In this document: positions 25,201 to 38,436 of the stretch, one piece after another | Position numbering within the stretch: position 1 is the stretch's first letter | Layout: every line of letters begins with the position of its first letter | Origin: Pristiophorus japonicus | Lineage: Eukaryota | Length of the DNA stretch: 64,000 nt | Assembly: GCF_044704955.1 (NCBI RefSeq) | Contig: NC_091999.1 | Coordinates: 11,346,001 to 11,410,000 of the forward strand | Direction of reading: 5' to 3' | Program-made: the position numbers and the translations under genes | The notes under the pieces: model-generated | Databases searched by the model: none | Seen by the model: the letters and a program-made list of their open reading frames with translations, nothing else | What the model was told of the DNA's origin: nothing

Positions 25201-26104
25201 ATCCTTATTTGTCACACCTCCGGCACTAACTCTCGCCGCTTCTCTGCAATACATATTCACCACATCTCGCCACAAACACTCACCGCTCATGCTCTGTACC
25301 TGGGCCCTGCCGATGTACCTGCCCGTGGTCCAAAACGGCGACCAGAGTTTTGATCCAGTCACCCATCTCAAAATCATCGCACACTTGGAGCAGCTCGTTC
25401 TCCCTCCCTCAGTCGTTCTGCAGCAGCCTTCCTCTCCCTCCCTCGGTGGCTGTGCAGCTCTCTCCCGTCCGAGGGGGAGAGATGGAGGGAATTACGCAGC
25501 GATCGAGAGGGAGAGAGGGATGGAACTACAAGTTGACCTGATTCGCAACCGCAGCACGAGTGTCAGCTGACAGTTTGACACGACCAATCATATCCTCAGC
25601 TGACACTCACACATGCACATCCTGGGCAGGAGCTGTTGGTCAGTGACAAGGAGCAGAAACCCCAGCTGAGTCTTGCTCTCCCTAACTCTCAGACACCGAG
25701 GACGTGGGGACCAATGTTTCGCTGCGCCAACATCCCACAAACAGGAAAGGAGAACATTAATGGTTCATTTGCTTTTGATTGACGGACAGATTTTGGCTCG
25801 GGCAGCCACAGTCAAAGGTGTCTTTAAATCCTGCCACAGGATTTCTACGATCCATCACTTGAATGAAGCCTTCGCTTAAACTGTTATCTGAAAGAGAGTG
25901 CCTTGATAACACAGCAACTCCCACTGCACCAGACTCCTGCACAAATTCTTGGTCTTTCACTTCCCAAAGTAGTGTAGACAGTGAGCATCACAGGCCGGTC
26001 TAATTCCAAATTTGATCTGAGTCGAGGCTCGGCTTGGGCCTCAGTGTGGCTCACTTCTTTAAAGTGCGCAGGACCAGCATGTTGGGAGGGTGGAGGGAGG
26101 TGGG

Positions 26105-26213
26105 GAGCGGGTTCAGAGTCCCCAGTGTGATAGGTAGGGCGGCTTCAGATCCCCCACTGTGAGGCGCAGATCGGTTTCAGGGCTCCCGGTGTGAGGTGTA
26201 GGGCGTATTCAGG
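26105..26213. repeat. 32-bp degenerate minisatellite (~3.5 copies)
   Basis: CGGNTTCAG...GTGTGA units with a 32-bp period; a related sequence lies at ~21250-21325. Confidence 0.7.
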
Positions 26214-26971
26214 TAGCCTTTCGTCCTATCACATCAATCTGCAACATTGTATATTTAATGGCTTCAGAAATTAGATCTCTGGGTTTTGCAATTATTCACA
26301 TTTTACTATTTTTTCCCCATTTTCCACACCATTCCGCTCTCTTATCCTGCCCACTGGTTAGTATCAGAATTCAATTCTTTCTATGATGGATGTATTTGTC
26401 TGATGATTATTGCTTGAGGTGCCATCCCAACCCATTGTGACAATCGGATTTCAAATATCCATCTTCTATTAATTCTAAAATTTGCGCCAGTGTTGGGGAA
26501 ACATCATTTGACACAAAGCCCAGGGGTCTGATCAACAAAAAGAATCGTGGGACCTGATGTCTGTGTTGGATAATCTGAGAACTGTTCAGATTTTCACATA
26601 GCCAGCGTGTGGGAAATCCGATGTGTATTCCCTGAACTGTCTGTAGTTCCTCATTATAGGAATCTGGGTTGGAATCGTTCTAAATAAATGTACAGTGAAG
26701 CGACAAAGTTTTTCATCATTAGATTAAATGCTGAGAGAAGGAAGTTCATACGATTATGCATAAAGAGTGGAGGTAGGGGATGAGAAGCGATAGGCATGGG
26801 AAAAGGCATCAAAAGAAAAAAGGGAAGATAAGGCACCACAGATTGATTAGTGAAGTTATTTTTTAATGATATATGGGAGTTGAAATCAGCAATAATAGTA
26901 TAGCGCTTGTGGAGATCACGTGTTGTTGAGTGTTGTGTTATTTTCCCTTTTAAGAATCTCCCTGTAGCTCT

Positions 26972-27240
26972 CACTGTGTCGGCTGTATGGTACAGAAATA
27001 CGATGTCGGAGGTGTCAGAGCTTAGTGCTTTGTCGGTCATTAGCTCAGTTATCTTGCTACTTTAATTAAACGTAGAAGATAATCGGTCAATGAAGTCAGG
27101 TTTCGTGGCGTAATATAAACCGTGCACTGCGGAGGCTGCTCGGCGTTTTAGCCCAAGGTCAAATTCAAATATTTCCAACCCAGTGTTAGCACTCACATTT
27201 TAAAAGCTATCTCACCGGCGCCGAGGTCTGTCCACTTATC
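26972..27240 (-). pseudogene. Highly decayed V relic
   Basis: PDFIDRLSSTFN*SSKITEL...SDT..YFC followed by CACAGTG (26978-26972); nonamer lost. Confidence 0.65.
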
Positions 27241-27419
27241 ATGTCCCTCGATAGTTTTGGGGCTTCGACTCATAAAGGAGCTCACTGGAAATTGGGGGAA
27301 CAAAGTGATACCCGGCATTGAATGTTTCGCTTTTCACCTTATTGAGAGAGTAACAAAGAGATAGAGAAAGGCACCTTGTTAAACAAAGTGATAGAGAGGC
27401 CGAGTTAAACAAATTGACA

Positions 27420-27505
27420 GAGAGAGAGCGAGAGATAGCGAGAGAGGGAGACAGAGTGAGAGAGCGAGAGAGAGAGATAGTCACCGAGAGAGAGAAAGAG
27501 AGAGT
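27420..27505. repeat. (GA)n microsatellite
   Basis: Imperfect GA dinucleotide run. Confidence 0.85.
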
Positions 27506-27764
27506 GATGAATGACGCACTTACATAGCTTGGCTAGGAAAGGGTTTGTATGGAGACATCAGTAATTGGTCCACGGCTAACATTGATTGGAGACAGGCGGT
27601 GCTAGCTCCGTGGGACCAGCCAATCCTATCCCTGGAAGAAATCCCTCTCTCCACCAATAAAGGAAGTCTGCCTCTGATCTGAATTTCCTCTTTAATATGA
27701 GACTAGAAGGGCGAAGATAGTTAAAATATTCTGCTACTTTAATTGGAAGGCTGAATCAGACACC

Positions 27765-28245
27765 ATGTGCACTCTATGTTCCTTTCTGATAATCATAATG
27801 GTTGTACTGTCCGATGAGTCTATGCTTGAAGGGTCTGCTTGTGTTCCATAGATTATATGTAGTCCCAGACTTCTCACATGTTCTGTCTTTTGTTGCAGGA
27901 ACGCGTGGAAAAGACACAATGTCCCAGCATCTGTCTGAATTAACGGTCCAAGAAGGACAGACCATAATACTAAACTGCAGTTACTCGGCAGCATACGCTG
28001 GCGAAACTCTCTTCTTGTACATCCAGTTTCATGGGGAAACTCCAAAATATTTACTGAAGCGATATAGCTCAGTGTCGGGCGACAAGTCTACTGATTTCCA
28101 AGACCGGTTCTCTGCTGATTTGGGCGACGGCAAGAAAACGGTTCCTTTAAATTTGGCCGGGGCTCTTGTGTCTGACTCTGCGGTGTATTTACGTACGCTG
28201 AGCGCCTCACATTGTTACAGGAACGCAATAACCCCCACAAAAATT
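27765..28245 (+). pseudogene. TCR V pseudogene
   Basis: Leader MCTLCSFLIIIMVVLS has a mutated donor (ATGAGT at 27814). The V exon from 27899 is open but has Trp41->Leu and Cys104->Arg (DSAVYLR). RSS: CACATTG, 22 bp, ACAAAAATT. Confidence 0.88.
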
Positions 28246-28801
28246 AGTAAAGTGCTCTCACCTCCTCTCAGTGAATCAGAAATGGGACCTGGATTGTGAT
28301 CAGATATGATAACGGAAACAAAATTATAAAGACATGTTTGGCCAAATGGCCGGTTTCTGTTCTGTACACTGTAGTTCTATGTAATATTTCAGTTTATATC
28401 TGCCGTGTGTAGTTATCATGAACAATGAACTGATATTTAAAAGGAGCCTCGGACACTGATAACGGGACAACATTAACAGTTTCGCTTCACTGCGCCCACC
28501 TGTCAAAGTGCCAACATTGGATTTAAACACTGTCCGGCTCTCCGTTACGAGGAGAATAATTTCACTTCGTTCCCAGCTTTCGTCTCTGAGAGAATAAATT
28601 GCCGAACAAAGGACACGTAAACTGATTGGTTGATTTGGAAAACAAAGGAATCGTGACAAAGGAATGTTACCTGTTAACTCTGACAAGATTGAACCAATCG
28701 TCAGAGAGACCGGATATTATTCAACAATTTCCAAACTCTTGCATAAAACAATTACAATTTCAACTCATTCTGCACAAATCCGCCATCAACTCTCGGCAAA
28801 T

Positions 28802-29324
28802 ATGTTTTTTTTTATTTTATTCATTTGTCATAGTTGCAGCTCTATTAACTGATAGGCTTTCAAGTGAAACAATCTTCCTCTAGCAGATGTCAATAACATA
28901 AAGAATCTTCCTTTTAAATGTGTTGACTATTCACAATATAATCCATCATATTTATGTTATTAGTCATAATTAAGTGATACTATTCTACTAAATCTCTGCA
29001 GCTGTTAGTGGTGCAGACTCGATCTCACGGGGGCGGATAATGCAATGCAGTTTGAAGGAGACTCAGTGACAATTATTTACAGCTATTCGACTACTGCTAA
29101 TTTGTATTCCTTTCAACTGTACCGTCAGGACTGGGACAAAGGCACCAATCCAAATTTCCATCCAAAGCAGAGGGTGTAGGGGTTCGATTTTCTGCATCTC
29201 TCGACACTTCTAAAAGTGAGGGGAATTTCACCATCCGTGGCCTGCGGCTGTCTGCCAGCGTGGTGTGTTACTGTGGGCTTAGAGACACAGTCACAGGAAG
29301 CAGAGACAGCCTCGTACAAAACAC
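28802..29324 (+). pseudogene. TCR V pseudogene
   Basis: Frameshifted leader at 28802. V exon from 29002 (GADSIS..EGDSVTI..YRQ..RFSASLDTSKSEGNFTI..CYCGLR). RSS: CACAGTC, 23 bp, ACAAAACAC. Confidence 0.8.
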
Positions 29325-30006
29325 TGCCTGAACGGGACAAGGTCAACGGTATAGCGGGCAGAGTGGGCAGAAATGGGAACTTTCTAAACTTGCCACCAGA
29401 AGGTGTTTATTTAAACTACATCAAAAATACACTTCAAGCCGAGAGCAATAAGCAATTGGGAAATGTTATGCCGGTGCTTCTGGGTTGAATACATCGTCAA
29501 CATAGAGAAGAAATGTGTTTGGAGGATTTCTATCAGTTTGCAAATTAATAATGTTGTGGCAATCACCCTGCCCAAACAAGTTGACATTGTGTTCCAGCAG
29601 TTCAAGGAGCTGTACACAGCAGGTAACACCAGACTTTCAATAACACCGAGGGAACGCGCTGATTGTGTACTAGAAATATGATCCAAAACTGTGTATTTAC
29701 ATAAAGCCTTATCCAGTGTGTTCAGATTTCACAAAGCGCTTCTGGAGTATGATCAAGTAATCATTGTGCTACACATTTAGACTGATTTATCTGTGAATAA
29801 ACCACCAACCATGGTTATTTCGATTCATTTAAATTTTGCTTCTTGTTTTATTCATGCTACATACGTCAACTTTTCCATCAAGCACTGGTTATTTATTTTT
29901 TTAATCTCTAATTTCCTGGACACGGCGAAATTTACCTTTATATATCTCTCATCCGTTGTCTTGAGAAGAGTCGGTCCCGAAGCACAGCATGAAATGACTC
30001 GATCAG

Positions 30007-30020
30007 CCACAAGGGGGCGG
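30007..30020 (+). promoter_or_regulatory. CTCF-like motif
   Basis: CCACAAGGGGGCGG. Confidence 0.55.
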
Positions 30021-30817
30021 CAGGACTTCATTCTTACCCTCCCGTGAAGACCCAGCCCTCCATTAGGGAGCAGCTGTGTTTGCTGCATCAAATCATTGAA
30101 GTGAGACAATTGGATATGGTGAACCAGATAGCTGCCGGAACTTCCAGGAATGGAAAAAGTATTGTGAAAGTCAAACTCCTGACGTGACGATCTGAAACAC
30201 AGAGGAAACTTCAAGACACCAAAGTGGCACCATATTTGTTGAAGAACCAAGATGATTACACAGATAATTTCATATAACTTTATTGAACGACCACTGATGG
30301 TGAAGAAAGCGTAGCGGTTAGAATGAGCAGTGTAATGTGATGTCAGTCACACGTTGAATTGTTCAGGACTTTTTTAAATTAATTCTCCGGATGTGGATGT
30401 CGTTGGCACGACATTTATTTTTTTATGTCAAGTTGCCCTTTTACAACAGACTGCCTTACTGAGCAAATTCACAAAGCAGTTAAGAGTCATTCACATTAGT
30501 ATAGGAATGGAGTCACCACCTCAAGACAATTGGGGACCGGCAATCATCGCCAGCGACACCTGTAGCCTGAGAATGAATTAACAATCCACGTCTGTTTTGC
30601 AAACCACACTGGATCTCTGTCTCATATATCCAATCATCTCAAGGACTGTTAGCAAAAGTTCTCGATTGGCTTAACCTGCAGCACGTGATTTGATGGTGAA
30701 GAATATTACCGTGAGTTGCTCAATGCAAATACTGGATCAGCTTCCCAGCAAAGGAAGAGTGTACGGAAAATCAACTCGACATGTGGAGGCTCACATTGCC
30801 TGGGACTTTCCGAGATC

Positions 30818-31322
30818 ATGAATTTCAAAGTCACCCTTTAGACTACAATCACCAGCTTAGCATTAGCGGAGTCTTCAAAGGATGTTATGTTATAATCATC
30901 TGCGAAGCACAGGTTCTTATTAACCCCACAATTAAACTCTAATCAATACTTTAAATCTTTCCAACAGATCTGAGTCAGGCAGATTCTGTGCCACAGGACT
31001 GATCGGCTGTGGTCCTGAAAATGGGACAGACCTTTTCAACAAAATGTAGCTATTCGACAACAGCAAGCTGGTATGACCTGTAGTGGTACCGAAAGTATCC
31101 CGATGCTCCCCCGCAGATGATCGTGTGGAGAATTGCTATCAACTGTCGGGGAAAGCACACAATATTGGGAATAGCTTCACTTCTGAATTAAATACATCCT
31201 CAAAATTGTCTATTTTAACCGTCACTGATTTCCAGCAGAATGACACGGCGCTGTATATCTGTGCATTCGCCCGGTCAGTCAGACACAGTGATACCACCTA
31301 GTTCTCGTCTCGTACAAAAACT
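30818..31322 (+). pseudogene. TCR V pseudogene with canonical RSS
   Basis: Stop in the leader and a mutated donor. The V exon from 30968 has stops and a frameshift and ends DTALYICAFARSVR. RSS: CACAGTG (31284), 23 bp, ACAAAAACT. Confidence 0.88.
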
Positions 31323-32620
31323 GCCTGTGGTCTGTTTTGGCAGAGGCTGTGGTTCAGTGCGTGAGATACAGCAGCAGCACAGAGTGCAATTTTTCTGGGC
31401 TGAATCATTGAATCATATAGTACAATAGGACGCCATTCAGCCGCGTTTCCTGTGTCGGCTTCTGAGAGAGCATTCCAATTCATTCAATTCCCCGTTTTTC
31501 TTCCGCATAGTCTTGCAACTTTTTCCTTTTCAATGTTTTTCCTTTTCCTTTTCAATTCCTCTTAGAAAGGTACAATGGAATCTGCTCCCACCAACCTTCC
31601 AGTCAATTCATTGCAGATCACAATAAATCGCTGCAAAAACAAATTTTTCCTCCTCTCCCCTTTTCTCTCAATTATCTTAAATATGTGTTCTCCGGATGCC
31701 GACCCTCCTGTCAGTGGAAACTATTTCTCCGTATCTACTCTATCGAAACTCCTCATAATTTAGAACACTTCCATTAAATCTCTTCTCAAATTTTTCTGCT
31801 TTACTCAGAGCAAACCAACTTTCTCTCGTCTCTCCACGTAACTCAAATCGTTCATCCCACGTACCATTCTATTATATCTCCTCTGAACCTCGGTAATGCC
31901 TTCCCATCCTTCCTAAAGTAGGGTTAACATAATTGGACACAACACTCCAGCTGAGGCCTTAGCGGTGATTTAGAAAGTTTCAGTATAATTTCGTAGCTCT
32001 TTTTACTCTTTGCCTCTATTCTTAAAGCCCAGAATGCCATATGTTTGTTTTATCAGCCTCATCACTTTCACAGATTTGTGGATGAAATAGCCAGAGGAGA
32101 CCAGAAAAGATCTGGAGAACTGCTGAGTGCAACTTTGACTCGTGGGATATCTCATGAAGTGGAGCTTCAGATATTGGAAACAAGGCAAATTAAATGTTCA
32201 ATGCCGGGGGAAGGTTGTTGACCAGTCCGACTTTAGAGGGAGGGATTGCACTTCCACTTCAATATATATCGAGCGAACTGCAGTTTTCCACTGTCAAATG
32301 GAGGTCGAGATAAAACAGCGACAAACCGGTGTAAACAGTTACCCAGGCCCACTTCTTCTGGCTTGCTGCATTCAAGAGAACTTGAATGAATTACCAAGCC
32401 ACTTTTGTTTATCCAATCACACTGGGTCTCTGCCTCATGTATCCATCATCTCAAGGACTGTTGCCAAAATGCCCCTATTGGTTTAACCTGATTTGTCAGT
32501 GAAGAATCGTCCAGTGAGCTGATCAGTGCGAATACTGGATCAGCATTCCAGCAAAGCAGCGAGTACAAAAAGATCAGCTCGACACGTGGAGGCCCACACT
32601 TCCAGGGACTGTCTGAGATC

Positions 32621-33116
32621 ACGCATTTCAAAGTCACCCTTTTGATTAACCTCACCTACTTAGCATTTGGTGAGTTTTTAAATAATGTTCTGGTACAAAC
32701 ATCTGTAAAGCACAGGTTGTTATTAAGCACATAAATAAACTATAATCAATAATGTAATTCTTTCCAACAGATCTAAGTCAGGCAGATTGTGTGTCACAGG
32801 ACTGGTTGGCTGTAGTTCTGAAAGTGGGACAGATCTTCAGAACACAGTGTAGCTGTGCGACAACAGCAAGCTGGTCCGACCTGTACTGGTACCCAATGAT
32901 GCCCCGGAGATGAGCGTGTGGAGAAGTGCCAGCAACAGTCGGGGAAAAGCAAACAATATTGGGAATCGCTTCACTTCTGAATTAAATGAACCCTCAAAAA
33001 TGTAAATTTTAACTGTCACTGATCTCCGGTTGAGTGAGACGGCGCTGTAGATCTGTGGATTCGCCCGGTCGGTCAGACACAGTGATACAACCTAGTTCTC
33101 ATCTCGTACAAAAACT
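32621..33116 (+). pseudogene. TCR V pseudogene (duplicate) with canonical RSS
   Basis: Start codon ATG->ACG. The V exon from 32771 has a deletion and stops. RSS: CACAGTG (33078), 23 bp, ACAAAAACT. Confidence 0.88.
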
Positions 33117-35100
33117 GTCTGTGGTCTGTTTTGGCAGAGGCTGTGTCTCAGTGCCTCAGATGTAGCAACAGCACAGAATGCAATTCCTGTGGGCTGAATC
33201 ATTGAGTAACACAATATGGATGGACGCTATTAGGCAGCGTTTTCTGTGTCGGCTTCTGGGAGACTTTTCCAATTAGTTCAATTCCCCGTTTTTCTTCCCC
33301 ATAGCCTTGCAACTGTTTCCTTTCAATTTTTTTCCTGATCCTTTTCAATTCCTTTTTGAAAGTTACACTTGAATCTGCTCTCAGCAACCTTCCAGGCAAT
33401 TCATTGCAGATCACAATAAATCGCTGCAAAAAGAAATTTCTCCTCGTGTAGCCTTTTCTCCCAATTATCTTAAATATGACTTCTTCGAATGCCAGCCCTC
33501 CTGTCAGCAGAATCTATTTCTCCATACCTACGCTATCGAAACTGCTCAGAATTTTTTACATTTCTATTAAATCCCTTCTCAACTTTCTCTGCTCTAATCA
33601 GAACAAACCCAATTTATTTAGTCTCTCCACGTAACTCAAGTCGTTTATCACAGTTAGCATTCTATTATATTTCATCTGCACCCTCGATAAGGCCTCCCCA
33701 TCCTTTCTAATGTTTGCTGCTTATAATTGGACACAATAATCCAGCTGTGGGCTTAGCGGTGATTTAGAAAGGTTCAGTATAACTTCGAGCTTTTTTACTC
33801 TTTGCGTCGATTTATAAAGCCCAGAATGTCAAGTGTTTGTTTTTAACAGCCTCATCAGTTTTACAGATTTGTGGATGAAATAGCGAGACGTGACTGCTGG
33901 GGTGATGGGGAACAGCTGAGTGCAACTTTCTCTGATGGGGCATCTCACCAAAGTGGAGCTTCAGATTTTGGAGAAATGGCAAATTAAATGTTCAGCGCCG
34001 GGAAAGGTTGCTGACGGATTGGACACAAGAGTGAGAGATTGGGCTTGCATTTCAATACATATTGAGCAAGCTGCAGTGTTCCACTGTTGCAAATGGAGCT
34101 AGAGCTAAAACGGTGGCAAAGTTGTGTCTACACATACACGGGCAAAGGTCTTATGTCTTGCAGCATTCAACAGAACATGAACTTAAGTGAATGTTCCACT
34201 TACCACTCTCCCATCACCCCCACCCCCGAACAAAAGTACAGAAGTGAAGTTAACCTTTGATACATGTTTGTTTGCTATTTCCACCAGACATGTTGGGGAA
34301 AAAAAACATCTTTCTCAAACAAAGTGTTAGCGGATGTCTGGAATGTTCAACCCTAAAAGGCGGTGTATGTTGGGGGCCGTTTGGAGCTTTCAAGAGTGAG
34401 ATGGGGAGATCTTTTTTGGGTAAGGATATCGAGTGATATGGAGCAAAGGTGGGTAAATGGGGCTGAGGCACAAATCAGTCTTGATCCAATTCAGTGGGCG
34501 AACAGACTCAAGGGGTTGATTTGCGTGCTCATATTCCTATCGTAGTGTATCGAGGAATCTTAAGAAAAGCGAGTGGATGGGTCTGAGGTGCAGAATAACT
34601 ATGACTTGATTTAATGGCGGAACAGGCTTAGTGGGGTAAGTGGCCTCCCCTGGTCACATTTTCCAGTTGGCAGTTGTTGCGGCCAGAGGGGACACAATCG
34701 GTCACAGATTGAGGGACGGGCGTGGGGCTGGCAGGCTGCGGGTGTTGTCAGTGGCCAGTACTCGCCCAGTGAGCACCACTTATACGTCAGCTTGGTTTCA
34801 TTTTCAAAAGTTGGACTGTGCCACGAATCTCGGTGAGTGATACTAACGGGAATTAAAAGATAAAAGGCGCATTCTGAACAAACACTTTGACAGGCGGGTT
34901 GGGGTTATATATATATGCAACTACGAACAGAGGTCCATTTTCAGGATGTTGAAGGTTTCAATACTCTGCTTTAACTCGTGTCCACACCACGTCCCCACCC
35001 TCGTGGATGGTGATACATATTATGGTTGCGCTCTCAGGCCGTACCCGGTTCCACCATGGAAAATATCCAGGTAATAACTGGTTCGGGTTTGACAGAAATT

Positions 35101-35461
35101 GTGACATTGACACAAGTGGATGCCCAGCCAGCTGCAAGTCTCTCTGTCTTTTCGCTGTATATTGCTCTATGCAGCAGTTACTCCATGCATCCGCTGGGAT
35201 ACTGGCGGTACCAGTATAGTTTGAGAAGGCTGATACTTGTAGCTGTATAATTACAGTGCAATTGAACATCGTTTCCTTTATTTATGAGGTTCCCAGCCAA
35301 TCTTTTTGAAATGGAGTCTCCTCAACATTGTCCTGGAAACGTCCAGAGCTGTATTAAATTAAAAAACGTCACCTCACAGTGTCTATACCCCAGAATCATC
35401 TCATCACCACACCGCCAACATTTACCTAAGAAGTAAATCAGGGCAGTTAAATAAAATACAT
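35101..35461 (-). pseudogene. TCR V pseudogene, 3'-truncated
   Basis: Leader relic at 35461. Exon from 35332 reads GDSISK...VQLHCNYTAT...LYWYRQYP, with stops and no YYC or RSS. Confidence 0.8.
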
Positions 35462-36109
35462 TTCCCCACTACTCGGGGCTGCAATGGGAACGTGCTTGGT
35501 TCGACTAAATAAAACTTCCTTCAATGAATCTTCAGCCCCTTCCAACGGATCAATTCCTCAAATCTCACCGCGTGTGATGTGAAGTGAAATGTCCGAACGT
35601 TCTGTGATTTAAAGTGTTGTTTATCTGTCAATATCCGTCCATGGCTCCGGCAGTGTGGGAAGTATCTGTCTGCCATTCACCTGTAATCTCACCTCAACTC
35701 ACCCACTTTCATTCACTGGGGTAGTTTGTCGAGTTTACCCAAACCGAGTTCAGTGTTGAATTAAGGTGGATCATGATGGTTTTCTACACATCGGATCAAC
35801 CAATTGATATTTTTGTGTTATGGGTACTGACGGTTTTAATATAATGTATGTTTAAGTGTGCAACACAATGGTGTGTAACTTGTGAACTTACTATTTAAGA
35901 GACCAGCAGCTGTGAGGAATAAGTAAAAAAGGAATCGACAAATGTTTGCGGAGAGTTGATGGTGGATTTGAACTGAACAGTTTGAACCTGAAATTGTTTT
36001 CATCAAGAGCTGGGAAGATGTTCAGCAACATCCAGCCTCTCTGCCGATTGGTTCATTGCTGGCAGAGTCAACATGTGACATTGCATCAAGTCTCAGGTCC
36101 AATTGTCGC

Positions 36110-37085
36110 TAATTTAGATGAAAGAATTGAGTGTAATATCTCCAGGTTTGTAGATGACACTAAACTGGGCGGTGGTATAAGCTATGAGAAGGACACTAAG
36201 AGACTGCAGGTTAATTTGGACAGGTTAGTTGAATGGGCAAATGTAATGCAGATGCGGTATAATGTGGATAAATGTGAGGTTATCCACTTTGGGGGCAAAA
36301 ACACGAAGGCAGCATATTATCTCAATGGTGGCAGATTTGGAAAAGGAGGCGTGCAACGAGACCTTGGTGTCATGGTTCATCACTCATTGAAAGTTGGCAT
36401 GCAGGTACAGCAGGCGATGAAGAAGGCAAATGGTATGTTGGCCTTCATAGCTCGGGGATTTGTGTATCGGAGCAGGGAGGTGTTACTGCACTTGTACAGG
36501 GCCTAGGTGAGGCTTCACCTGGAATATTGTGTTCAGTTTTGGTCTCCTAATCTGAGGAAGGACGTTCTTGCTAATGATGGAGTGCAGCGAAGGTTCACCA
36601 GACTGATTCCAGGGATGGCTGGACTGCTGTATGAGGAGAGACTGGATCAATTAGACCTTTATACACTGCAGTTTAGAAGGATGAGATGGGGACTCATAGA
36701 AACGTACATGATTCGGACGGGACTGGACAGCTTAGATGCGGGAAGAATGTTCCCGATGTTGGATGAAGTCCAGAACCAGGGAGTTACAGGCTTAGGATAA
36801 CAGGTAGGCCATTTAGGACTGAGATGAGGAGAAACTTCTTCACTCAAAGAGTTCTTAACCTGTGAAATTCCCTGCCGCAGAGAGTTGTTGATGCTAGTTC
36901 ATTGGATGTATTCAAGAGCTGGTGAGATATGGCCCTAACGGCTAAAGGGATCAAGTGGTATGGAGAGAAAGTGGGAAAGGGGTACTGAGGGAATAATGAA
37001 CCATGATCTTATTGAATGGTGGTGCAGGATCGAAGAGCCGAATTGCCTATTACTGCACCTATTTTCTATATTTCTATGTTTTCTA
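36110..37085 (+). mobile_element. 5'-truncated CR1 (3' end)
   Basis: RFVDDTKLGG...HLEYCVQFWSP and a 3' tail of TTTCTATG-like repeats; absent from the mirror arm. Confidence 0.9.
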
Positions 37086-37658
37086 TTTATCCAAACAACT
37101 CAAAGCTCCTTTATTCTCAAAATTATCCAATCAGCTCACAGCTCTATTATACTCAAATTGGTTGAGGCAGAGTGGGCGAGTATGTGCAGATAAGGGTAGT
37201 GAAGGGAAATAGGTAATGTTCTGCTATCAATGCCGGAGTGTCCCATCAAAGGAGCTGCTCACGGACCATGAGAACTAACCCAGGCGATATGAAGGGGATC
37301 ATAAATGTCAGCCGGTCCTTCGCGATTTGAACACAAATATGCAGTAAATTAGACATATGGAAACTTTTATATAAATAAAATGGGGAGTGATTGATGGGTT
37401 TTAGCCGAATAGGATGATGTGAACAGCGGATGTGCTCAGGTTGAGTTGCCCGTTGCAAACATTTCAAACGTGTTGACTTTAACAAGAAACATTTTCTAAA
37501 TAACCGAACAGTTAAACGTCAGAAACACTGACAACTATTTGGACTTAATCACTGCATTTTGAAAGGTGTTACTTCAACCCTTTAGTTAAATAAACTGAAC
37601 AATGTTCTCAGTCTGTAACTCACCCGGACACTCAAACCAACAACGATCCCGTTTACTA

Positions 37659-37672
37659 CTGCCCTCTAGTGG
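37659..37672 (-). promoter_or_regulatory. CTCF motif (near consensus) downstream of a V
   Basis: CCACTAGAGGGCAG; the mirror copy at 61394-61407 is CCACTCGAGGGCAG. Confidence 0.7.
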
Positions 37673-37865
37673 CGACTACCTGTAAACGTTTTCAAAGAAA
37701 ATTTAGAGAAAACGGTTGGCCACTTCAAGACACAATTGGGTGATACTATAATTCAAAATAAGGAAATGTAAAATTTGCTAAATAGTTATTTCGTATCAGT
37801 CTTCACTACTGTCCGCCACTGTACCTGGCTTCAGCAGCAAAGCCTCTGCTGTACAAAGCCACGGG

Positions 37866-38436
37866 AGTTTCTGTACGACGGTTTAAATTGTTGTCATCAC
37901 TGCAGTCTCAGGACGCAGTACTAAACTGCAGTGTCAGTCAGCTGCAGCCACGAGATATTTCAAGTGGTGAATTTATTCGATGTCTGGAGCTTTGCAGAGA
38001 AACTGGTTCGAGTCAAATGGGCTTTACCTTTAGAAGCACTCGCGTATTTCATTGGAATAATGTCGAGCGATGTTTAGGGTTGCCATTACCAATATAAATC
38101 ATTGCGGCCGCCCCAGGTAGTATTATAGGTGCGGTTTCAAGTCACCACGTCTCCTGCAATCTTAACACTAGGGGATAGCGGCTCAGTTACATAATCTCCA
38201 TGATTCAGATCTGAAATGCATCTTCAACTAGAAAGGCGGGTGCTCAAAATGCAGATTCAAACCAGGTTGTAAATGAGAGTAAAGATGAAATGGGTTTGAT
38301 CCTCCATTATCATCGTCCTATTACCAATATAAAATCTCGGTTACAGCAGTCAGGGGGATATTGCACGTTTACTGGAAAGGAAATACTTACTGAGAAGTGA
38401 TATAACGATGAGGAGCGGTGCGAAACGTCTCCACAT
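37866..38436 (-). pseudogene. TCR V pseudogene with a leader from a different V family
   Basis: Leader MWRRFAPLLIVISLL (38436-38391, donor GTAAGT). The V exon from 38210 is related to the 20425 V and has stops. RSS: TGCAGTG, 23 bp, ACAGAAACT. Confidence 0.82.

Larger units (their letters stand above)
30600..34190 (+). repeat. ~1.8-kb direct tandem duplication (V plus CR1 3' fragment)
   Basis: ~30600-32390 and ~32400-34190 are colinear throughout. Confidence 0.85.

Noticed and set aside
26105-26213. Minisatellite with heptamer-like CACAGTG/CACACTG every 32 bp as an RSS array or CRISPR
   Set aside because: There are no nonamers at 12/23 spacing, and the units are degenerate tandem copies without unique spacers.
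35946-36506. 186-aa ORF as a fusion gene
   Set aside because: It is read-through from flanking DNA into a truncated CR1 RT.
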